A stretch of 64,000 bases of DNA from Alloascoidea hylecoeti. Taxonomy: Eukaryota. Below the pieces are notes generated by a model. That model saw nothing but the letters and a program-made list of their open reading frames with translations, was not told the origin of the DNA and ran no database searches. Below are positions 55,930 through 64,000 of this stretch, one piece after another. Position 1 is the stretch's first letter, and each line of letters begins with the position of its first letter. The stretch covers positions 1,040,059 to 1,104,058 of the forward strand of contig BCKZ01000007.1 of the NCBI GenBank assembly GCA_001600815.1, given 5' to 3'. Made by a program: the position numbers and the translations under genes.

Positions 55930-57333
55930 TTACTTTCTAAAAGATTTTATATTCTCGATTTGAACAGTTAAATCATTGATCTTTTGTCTTACACTATTCT
56001 CCTTTTCAAATAATGTATTAACTTGTTGTACCTTATCCATCGGTTGTATATTGTCTGAGAATCGGATTATAAATGGATAGAGCTGTTTCTTATCACTTGG
56101 CTTTTCAATGATGCGGAAATCTGTCTCAATGGCCGTCATATCATTGATGATATTGACTACAGCATCGCCATCGTATAACCCGATGAACTCCTCAATACTG
56201 CTTACCAATGCTTGTGTATAGACACTCCTGGTTTCGGAAACCGAAGTAATGAGATGTTTCTTATAAATCTTTTTCTTCAAATCTTGAAGGACTGTGATTT
56301 CACTTTGTGTTAATTGAGGGTCATAATGATTATTCTTCATAGTAATTGTAGATAATGATATATCTTGTGATAATATGACATCAATGAAATCACATTCAGA
56401 TTTTAGCACTGGGTTAAATGTGAGATATTTCAAAATTTGATGGAATGGTCTATTTTTTTGTAAATCATTTAAGGGTCTTATCAATAAAGATAGTAAACAG
56501 TAAACAACCATAGCAAATTCCAAGCTTTTTATTTCAAATTCTACCGGGAATCTTAAGAGCTATAATACATTGCCAATTAAATGTTAGAACTTACAATATA
56601 AAAGTAGTGTTCCGTGATTAATTTAACTTACAGCATTTATCAATTCATCAGCTTGTTGATATTTTTCCAAACCTATCAATATTAATGTTCCATGGTAAAA
56701 ATAGTTAATAATGTCCTCTGCGCTACAATCCAAAGATTCTATATTTTCTAAATCTAGAACATTGAGAGCTAATCTTGAAAGTTGATGTTCATCTGCAAGT
56801 GTTATGAAATTGGCAGTTGCAGTGCTTAAAATATGATATTTAAGAAACTGACACTCTGCTATATGATATAAAGCGTGTGACGAAATAAAGCCATTGTGTA
56901 TATCACCATCGCTCAGTCTCAGCAATAAGTCTGATATTGGAGAAATAAGTTTCCACACGCCACTTGTTTTCGAGATGGTGTCCCATTTGACTGCAAATAT
57001 ATAACTGACTATTGTATTGAAATGGGCTTCAAAGTCAAACTTAAGGGAGTTCTCTGCAACGTTTCGAATGCAGTACGTACTTTTTATGACGGTTAGTAAA
57101 TGGTTGGAATATTCAATGGAAGTGTAACTGGCAACTCACATTAACTGGGCCCAATAAGTGGCATATTGTGTTGGATCGAATGCATTCAAGGAGGTAAGAA
57201 CCGTTGTGATGGCAGATTTCTTGTCCAAGCCCGATTGGAAGTGCTGTCCCAGAGTTGCTGCCAGACTCTGTTCAATGAAGGTATTTGGATTTGTATTGGC
57301 ACATTGGGCGATTTTGGTTGCTAATAAGCTCAT
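55930..57333 (-). CDS. Divergent COP9 signalosome subunit 3-like protein (~423 aa); exons 57140-57333, 56632-57079 and 55930-56559
   Basis: Two introns (GTGAGT...TACTAAC...AAG and GTAAGT...CTAAC...TAG) join three track ORFs in frame. INYFYHGTLILIGLEKYQQADELINALL resembles the CSN3 helical repeat. Confidence 0.55.
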
Positions 57334-57421
57334 TGCAATGTTATTTGGTTGTTGGACAGTGAAGGGGGGGGGGAAATGATGTTCCTCCAACAAACATCTA
57401 ACTCACCATCAAATATTCATC

Positions 57422-58756
57422 ATGTCGGAACAGATTGCAAAAGAGGCACATGTTGCTGCCACCGTCCTAAAGACCCTTTCAAATGAGGCAAGAACAGAGG
57501 CTTTGGACTTGATCCACTCTGCCCTTCTGCAAAATAAAAATGAGATCCTCGAAGCCAATAAACTAGATATGGATCTGGCGAAACAGAATAATCTTAAACC
57601 ATCCCTCGTTAAACGACTGGATCTCTCCACTGGTGATAAATACGACGCAATGGCTCAAGGGATCACAGATGTTGCAAACTTGGAAGACCCCGTTGGAAAA
57701 ATCACATTGGCCACGAAACTGGATGAAGGATTGAATCTGTATCGACTTACTTGTCCCGTGGGGACATTACTCATTATTTTTGAGTCAAGACCAGAAGTGA
57801 TCGCTAATATTACAGCACTTGCTATCAAATCTGGTAACTCTGCTATTTTAAAGGGGGGAAAAGAATCTCACCACTCATTTGTTGCTATATCCAAGGCAAT
57901 TAATGATGCCTTGGGGAAATCACAAGTTCCAGCTGGTGCTATTCAATTGGTCTCTACCCGAGATGAAGTCTCTTCGTTATTATCTCAGGATAAATATATT
58001 GATTTGGTTATTCCAAGAGGTTCAAATGAACTTGTTCGTCAGATAAAAAACAACACCAAAATTCCTGTTTTGGGTCATGCCGATGGAATTTGTTCAATCT
58101 ATGTTGATGATGATGCTGATCTACCAATGGCTCAAAGGATTGTCGTTGATGCTAAAACAAACTATCCTGCCGGTTGTAATGCTGTTGAGACTCTTTTAAT
58201 AAACAGAAGAAATAAAAAACTTATCATTGGTGTCCTCAAATCCTTATTTGAAGCAGGTGTTAATATTCATCCAACCCAAGAAATTGCTTCTATAATTTCA
58301 TCATCCGATGAGCTTTCTCAGTTTTCCAGTAAGGTTGTTCCTGCTCTTGAATCGGATTTCACAACTGAATTTTTATCTCTTGATATTGCCGTCAAAGCAG
58401 TTGATTCTGTATCTGAAGCCATTGCTCATATCAATGCCCATTCTTCTAAACATACTGATTCTATCGTCACAAATAACGAAGAAAATGCTCAAGTCTTCTT
58501 AAAAGGTATAGATTCCGCTGGTGTCTATTGGAATGCAAGCACAAGATTTGCCGATGGCTTTAGATATGGTTTTGGAACAGAAGTTGGTATTAGTACAAAT
58601 AAAATACATGCAAGAGGTCCTGTTGGTCTTGAAGGTTTAGTTGGATATCAATATCAAATTCGAGGACATGGTCAAGTTGCATCGGATTATATTGGAGCAG
58701 GTGGATCAAAGTCCTTTATTCACCAAAAATTAGATATTTCTACTATTCATCTGTGA
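57422..58756 (+). CDS. PRO2: Gamma-glutamyl phosphate reductase
   Basis: IFESRPEV, ILKGGKES, IPRGSN, YPAGCNAVETLL and NASTRFADGFRYGFGTEVGISTNKIHARGPVG. Confidence 0.97.
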   Translation: MSEQIAKEAHVAATVLKTLSNEARTEALDLIHSALLQNKNEILEANKLDMDLAKQNNLKPSLVKRLDLSTGDKYDAMAQGITDVANLEDPVGKITLATKLDEGLNLYRLTCPVGTLLIIFESRPEVIANITALAIKSGNSAILKGGKESHHSFVAISKAINDALGKSQVPAGAIQLVSTRDEVSSLLSQDKYIDLVIPRGSNELVRQIKNNTKIPVLGHADGICSIYVDDDADLPMAQRIVVDAKTNYPAGCNAVETLLINRRNKKLIIGVLKSLFEAGVNIHPTQEIASIISSSDELSQFSSKVVPALESDFTTEFLSLDIAVKAVDSVSEAIAHINAHSSKHTDSIVTNNEENAQVFLKGIDSAGVYWNASTRFADGFRYGFGTEVGISTNKIHARGPVGLEGLVGYQYQIRGHGQVASDYIGAGGSKSFIHQKLDISTIHL

Positions 58757-59018
58757 AATTAGGTTAAAATATAACTATATATATTAGTACATAACTTTTC
58801 AATATGTAACAAAAAATAAAGATAAAAAGGTATACAGCATTACATTCGTTATATTATATAATTAGCAATTAATAGCAGTAAGATTAAGAAGAAGTTATAA
58901 ATGAGAAATGAGAATCGGAAATAAAATGAAAATATAGAAAAAAAAACTAGTTACAAATAGCATGTATTATTAGATGCTTTAAATAAATCAAATTAGTGGC
59001 TTTTATCTTTCGTTTAGT

Positions 59019-62000
59019 TTAAATCATTTCACCATAAACACCTCTTTCTTGTGTAGTATCATAAGCTCTTATAATTTTTTCTTGGCCTTCATCAGCTTGA
59101 CTAAAAGCAAAACCTCTTTGCTTTCTCATTCTTTGAACTTGTCTAACTTTTCTGATAGCTTTCTGGAACTGTTCCATTCTTGGTCTATAATCAACCAAGT
59201 TATATTTTTGAATTTCTTGAACATAATGATATTTTGCAGGTCTGTACATTCTTCTCCAATATTTCCATGAAAAATCTCGTAATAAACATAATGCTGGTAG
59301 AACAACTATGCAACACCAATATGCCCAAGTACCAAAAGTATAAGGAATAACACCTTCATATTCTTTCGAAACATTAATCTTAGGCGCAATTATAGCATAT
59401 AATGGGAAGAAAACAATCCATGCGAAAAATGAACCAGGTATAGCTAATAATGTAAATTTTGTCCAAACACTTGAAATTAAAGCAGCTTTTAGAAGTGCTG
59501 TTAATGTAACAGAGGTGAAAAGTGCCACACTCCAAGGCCAATGACCAACACTATAACCATTATTGTCTTGTATTCCATATCTATAAATATAAATGGATCC
59601 AACAAATAATATGACGGAATGATAGACACCATTTATAATCCAAGACCAAAATAATTTAATATTGAAAAAACAATGTTCTTGACCCAATTTATATAATTGA
59701 GGATAACGGTCCAATAATCTAGCATTAATAAATTGGTCAAAGACACCTAAAACAAAAGGTGGGAAAACAGTGAAAAAGACATTATAGAAAGTAATTGTCC
59801 AAGATTCATAAATTGATTCACCTGAAAAACCGTTCAGAAAAACAAACCAAAATTGAGTTAAATAAAGCATTATATTTTTATAAAAAGAATATAAAATGGC
59901 TTGACTTAATCTTTGATAACTCCAAGAACCATGAACAAGTAATAATTTTCTTAAAAACTTAAATTGACCAATTGATATATCAGCACTACGAGCAGCTTGT
60001 TGACCTTCAACACCACTTATACCAACACCAACATGAGCAGCTTGGATCATACTAACATCATTTGCACCATCACCAATTGCTAAAAGCAATGAATTTAAAT
60101 TTCTTTTAACAAGTTTCACGACTAATGCTTTTTGTAAAGGAGACACTCGACAACAAATAACTGCTTTACATTTAATAGCCAATTGTAAAAAGTCTTGTTC
60201 CAAATCAGGTGCTAAAGCAAAACCAAGTGACTTCCCATCAATTATTAAAGCCAATGTGCTTTCTTCCCTTGCCGTGATTTCAGGTCCAGATATGATTTGT
60301 AATTTCTTACGAATATTATCTTGAGTTGATTCAAAAGTGTCTTCATTAACAATTAATAAATTCATATCTTCACTGATTAATTTACAACTTAATCCAATAT
60401 TTATCGCAGTTTCTTGTCTATCACCGGTTAAAACCCAAATTTTAATACCGGCAGTTTGTAAAGTATGAATTGTTTCTGGTACACCATCTTGTAATTTATC
60501 TTCAATCGCTGTAGCTCCCAATAAATATAAATCCTTTTCAATTAATTCAGCAACTTTATCTAGTTCTTCACTTCTATTTACAAGAGTTGTTGCTGCTTTG
60601 TTATAAAGAATATTCCATTGTTCATATTCCTCATCTGAAATATATCTCATTGATAAACATAAAGTTCTTAACCCATCAGCAGCAAATTCTTCCAAATGAC
60701 GTATAGTTGAATCGACAAATTGACAATCAGGAACTAAACGTTCTAATATAACAGTATCAGCACCTTTACAATATAATCTAATTCTTCCATCAGGACATCT
60801 AAAAATTGTACTCATTCTTTTCCTTGTTGAATTAAATTCACAAATATTTAATAATTCATATTCTAAATCATGACCATCAGAATTTATTCTAATTATGATA
60901 GATTTTGGTTTTCTGACTATAAATTCATAACCCAATTTTTTAGCACCATCAACTAAAGCACCTTCATCAGGACTTGAGGCTTGATAATTTATATCACCAT
61001 TTGGTTTCAATTCAGGTATAACTGTATGACAAGCAGCTAATAGAGTTAAAAATTCTTTAATATAAACACCATTTTCATCATTAATATCTTCATTTAATAG
61101 ATTGTCAAATGTTCTAAAACCTACTTCAATTCCATCATCATTCAAAATACTTGTCCTATCTTCTAAAATTTTATCAGTATAACATTTCCCAGCAATTGAA
61201 CAATTCTTAAATTCCATTATATTTCTTGTTAGAGTGCCAGTTTTATCAGAAAAAATATATTCAATTTGTCCTAATTCTTCAACTAATGAAGAAGTTCTAC
61301 AAATTGCAGGAGTATCAGTTTCTTCATAATACATATCTAAATCAGAACTTATTAAAAAAGCTTGATAAAATTTAATTAATTCAACAGTAACAAACAAAGA
61401 AATTGGAACTAAATTTGAATATAAAATCCAATAAGTTAAAATATCTAAAAAAAATAAGCCAACTTTGTTTGTACCATTTAAATGTAAATAACCAAGAGAT
61501 TTTTTATGAACTTTTAATGTAATTACATCACCAAGACTTGATATAATTGCTAATAAAATAAGTAATGAAAATAAAAATAAAATTTGTAAATTTATAATAT
61601 GTTCAACATTTGTTCTTTTAATTGGAGCAGCAGTTGCATTTCTCATTAATTTTGTTTCATGGCCAGTAAAGACAACTAAACCATGAATCCAAAGAGTATT
61701 TCTCAGAGTAGCGCCACGTAATAATAATTGATCAGGATTTAAAGAGATATCAGATTGACCATTTAATTTGAAGGTTGCTTCATAAGTATATAAGCTACTA
61801 TTTGGAGGTTCTGATAATAAAGTACCCTGAATTGAACCGATTGATTCAGGAGATATTAAATTTGAAGTTTCTTGGCACGCTTGTTTAATTTTGAGATTAG
61901 TTTCACCATCTAAATTTGCGGTTTCTATATAACATAAACCTTCAGGTTCAGAAGAAGAGAGCAAAACTAAATCAGCAGGGAAAGATTCCTCAGCCTGAAT

Positions 62001-62606
62001 TTTAACAATATCACCAACTTCGATATCAATCCATTTTTTAGAAATAAATTGAGCATTCTCATAAACTAAAGCTTTTGCACCATTTAAATCACTATCAGCG
62101 GAAGCACGTTTAAAATCTTCAATCAATTCTTTGATGGCGGATACCAATAGAACGATCAATAATGTGCCAATTGTTGTATAACGATTTGTCGGAGAAACGT
62201 GTGGTACTTGCTGAATAATGGCAGTAAATAAGAAAAACAGATTTGCATATTTTGAGAATTGTTCAAAGAAGAATTTAGGGATAAAAGTGGCGATATTATA
62301 TTTGGTGGTACTAATATGATTATCGAAGTAATTGTTTAAACTATTTTTGGAAGGATCATTTATATGAATCACCCGAGGTTCTTTGCTGTCTGGAGCATTT
62401 GCAGAAGATCCTGAGAATAGCCTTGAAAATAGGGAGGTTAGGGTTGCGTGTGAGCGGGGACGGGGAGGACGAGTGTCTGAGTAAGCCGGGCCCATTCCCA
62501 AACGAGAACGCATGTTAGCGAGCATTGTGTTGGACGGGGACGGAGGGACAAAAGAAGAGTTGGGAGGAGACGGGTCATCAAAAGGGTTGTCGTTGGAGTG
62601 AGACAT
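59019..62606 (-). CDS. DRS2: P4-ATPase phospholipid flippase Drs2
   Basis: NPF motif, DGETNLK, DKTGTLT, GDGAND and the C-terminal GFAFSQ motif. Likely ATG at 62606; the track starts at GTG 62678. Confidence 0.95.
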   Translation of the reverse strand: MSHSNDNPFDDPSPPNSSFVPPSPSNTMLANMRSRLGMGPAYSDTRPPRPRSHATLTSLFSRLFSGSSANAPDSKEPRVIHINDPSKNSLNNYFDNHISTTKYNIATFIPKFFFEQFSKYANLFFLFTAIIQQVPHVSPTNRYTTIGTLLIVLLVSAIKELIEDFKRASADSDLNGAKALVYENAQFISKKWIDIEVGDIVKIQAEESFPADLVLLSSSEPEGLCYIETANLDGETNLKIKQACQETSNLISPESIGSIQGTLLSEPPNSSLYTYEATFKLNGQSDISLNPDQLLLRGATLRNTLWIHGLVVFTGHETKLMRNATAAPIKRTNVEHIINLQILFLFSLLILLAIISSLGDVITLKVHKKSLGYLHLNGTNKVGLFFLDILTYWILYSNLVPISLFVTVELIKFYQAFLISSDLDMYYEETDTPAICRTSSLVEELGQIEYIFSDKTGTLTRNIMEFKNCSIAGKCYTDKILEDRTSILNDDGIEVGFRTFDNLLNEDINDENGVYIKEFLTLLAACHTVIPELKPNGDINYQASSPDEGALVDGAKKLGYEFIVRKPKSIIIRINSDGHDLEYELLNICEFNSTRKRMSTIFRCPDGRIRLYCKGADTVILERLVPDCQFVDSTIRHLEEFAADGLRTLCLSMRYISDEEYEQWNILYNKAATTLVNRSEELDKVAELIEKDLYLLGATAIEDKLQDGVPETIHTLQTAGIKIWVLTGDRQETAINIGLSCKLISEDMNLLIVNEDTFESTQDNIRKKLQIISGPEITAREESTLALIIDGKSLGFALAPDLEQDFLQLAIKCKAVICCRVSPLQKALVVKLVKRNLNSLLLAIGDGANDVSMIQAAHVGVGISGVEGQQAARSADISIGQFKFLRKLLLVHGSWSYQRLSQAILYSFYKNIMLYLTQFWFVFLNGFSGESIYESWTITFYNVFFTVFPPFVLGVFDQFINARLLDRYPQLYKLGQEHCFFNIKLFWSWIINGVYHSVILFVGSIYIYRYGIQDNNGYSVGHWPWSVALFTSVTLTALLKAALISSVWTKFTLLAIPGSFFAWIVFFPLYAIIAPKINVSKEYEGVIPYTFGTWAYWCCIVVLPALCLLRDFSWKYWRRMYRPAKYHYVQEIQKYNLVDYRPRMEQFQKAIRKVRQVQRMRKQRGFAFSQADEGQEKIIRAYDTTQERGVYGEMI

Positions 62607-62704
62607 TGGGTATGCAGAGAAGCTGTGATACAATAATATCCTGTCATGTAAGCTATTATTACTCCGATGGTGGGTCACGTGCGCTCACGCAGCGGAATCA
62701 AAAA

Positions 62705-62776
62705 AGGTCGTGCCCGGGATCGAACCGGGATCGCCAGAATCAAAATCTGATGTGCTAGCCATTACACTACACAACC
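62705..62776 (-). tRNA. tRNA-Gln(UUG)
   Basis: GGTTGTGTAGTGTAATGG...TCAGA TT TTG AT TCTGG...GGTTCGATCCCGGGCACGACCT, followed by a T-run terminator. Confidence 0.95.
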
Positions 62777-62902
62777 AACTTTTTTGTTTTCGCGATTCAG
62801 CAGAATATAACAGTACCTGCAGCTTCCAACAAGCCACCACTCACGTGATTGATGGTATTAGGTAAGATATATTGCAACTCCCAGTAACACAACTTCACAT
62901 TA

Positions 62903-63814
62903 ATGTCTGTTATATTAGCCTCCGCCGGTTATGACCACACTATTCGCTTCTGGGAGGCCCTTACGGGTATCTGCTCTAAAACGATACAGCATGCTGACAG
63001 TCAAGTCAACAGACTGGAAATCACATCCGGAAAGCGTTTCCTAGCGGCCGCGGGTCGTGAGCATGTCAGACTTTACGATATACGAAGTGAAAATAAAAAC
63101 CCAGTCACCTCATTTGAGGGTCACACAAATAATGTTACTTCTATAGCTTTCCAATCTGATAATAAATGGATGGTATCTAGCTCTGAAGACGGAACCGTTA
63201 AAGTCTGGGATGTGAGGGCACCAAGCGTACAAAGAAACTACAAACACAATTGTCCTGTTAATGAAGTGGTTATACATCCAAACCAAGGCGAATTAATAAG
63301 CTGTGATCAGGATGGAAACGTTAAAGTTTGGGACCTGGGCGAAAATACGTGTACACATCAATTGATACCTGAAAATGATGTCCCTGTTCATTCGGTTTCT
63401 GTGGCTTCTGATGGTAGTATGCTGGTTGCTGGTAATAACAAAGGCAACTGTTATGTTTGGAAAATGGTCAATTCAAAAGATTCAACCTCTTTGCACCCCG
63501 TTACAAAATTCAGGTCACATTCAAAATATATCACTCGAGTATTATTATCTTCAGATGCGAAACATCTAGCAACTTGTTCAGCTGATCATACCGCAAGAGT
63601 CTGGTCGACCGAAGATAACTTTTCACTAGAAACTACATTACAAGGCCATCAGCGCTGGGTTTGGGATTGTGCCTTCAGTGCTGATTCAGCATACCTTGTT
63701 ACTGCTTGTTCTGATCATTATGTTAGATTATGGGATTTAAGCACCAGTGAAATTGTTAGACAATATAATGGTCATCATAAAGGTGCAGTTTGTGTTGCTC
63801 TTAATGATATCTAA
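62903..63814 (+). CDS. LST8: TOR complex WD40 subunit Lst8
   Basis: MSVILASAGYDHTIRFWEALTG...GHQRWVWDCAFSADSAYLVTACSDHYVRLWDL...VCVALND. Confidence 0.97.
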   Translation: MSVILASAGYDHTIRFWEALTGICSKTIQHADSQVNRLEITSGKRFLAAAGREHVRLYDIRSENKNPVTSFEGHTNNVTSIAFQSDNKWMVSSSEDGTVKVWDVRAPSVQRNYKHNCPVNEVVIHPNQGELISCDQDGNVKVWDLGENTCTHQLIPENDVPVHSVSVASDGSMLVAGNNKGNCYVWKMVNSKDSTSLHPVTKFRSHSKYITRVLLSSDAKHLATCSADHTARVWSTEDNFSLETTLQGHQRWVWDCAFSADSAYLVTACSDHYVRLWDLSTSEIVRQYNGHHKGAVCVALNDI

Positions 63815-64000
63815 TGTAAAACCCTTAGCCACTAGTACTTCCTATAATTTATTATCACATCTCATTTATACAATTATAATGTAATCCTACTTCATCAAAA
63901 CATCGACCCTCATTTATTATCTTTAATATAACAATAAATAAATGGTATAAAAACAAAAAAAACAATGAAATGTAAAATGTAAAATGTAGAAAGTAAAATA

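Noticed and set aside
1520..63569. Many short ORFs in the track that are antisense to or overlap real genes (e.g. 7096..7332, 18222..18473, 28797..29091, 30373..31194, 45784..46366, 51267..51837, 52822..53040)
   Set aside because: They are shadows of coding strands, simple repeats, RNA genes or LTRs, with no independent coding signal.
1..64000. CRISPR arrays, rRNA genes or intact autonomous transposons
   Set aside because: No repeat-spacer arrays, rRNA sequence, or intact RT, integrase or DDE ORF was seen.

Overview
AT-rich, gene-dense nuclear DNA from a budding yeast, inferred to be an early-diverging Saccharomycotina lineage: CTG encodes Leu at conserved Lst8 positions, there are about 16 introns (mostly short) with degenerate splice signals, U2 is compact, and CSN3-like and BCAS2 genes are present. 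The window holds about 30 protein genes: EDC3, PTR3, a Met4/Cys-3-like bZIP, YAK1, a LYS14-like factor, two identical HSP20 copies, EBP2, two FPP-synthase paralogs, SNU114, QCR8, SWI3, RPL17, SEH1, PFD1, ATP12, HBS1, a GH5 glucanase, PAN6, NDC80, SRP40, LPX1-like, bL35m, SPF27, RPL11, CSN3-like, PRO2, DRS2, LST8 and one orphan ORF. Several models were rebuilt by hand across introns the ORF track misses. RNA genes are U2, tRNA-Arg(UCU) with an intron, tRNA-Gln(UUG) and an snR64-type C/D snoRNA in the intron of a non-coding host. Two accessory zones stand out. (1) 14.1-27.7 kb: an inverted HSP20 duplication with an essentially identical ~810-bp core encloses two diverged FPP synthases. Its left copy is flanked by a 126-bp copy of LYS14-like coding sequence and a pogo/Fot1 transposase relic. 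(2) 48.2-53 kb: a gene-poor tract with a solo LTR 13 nt upstream of tRNA-Arg and, next to it, the 3' 65 nt of U6 snRNA starting exactly at ACAGAGA, apparently embedded in a second LTR-like segment. An ammonium-transporter pseudogene is also present. All identifications come from motif recognition by eye; no database searches were run.
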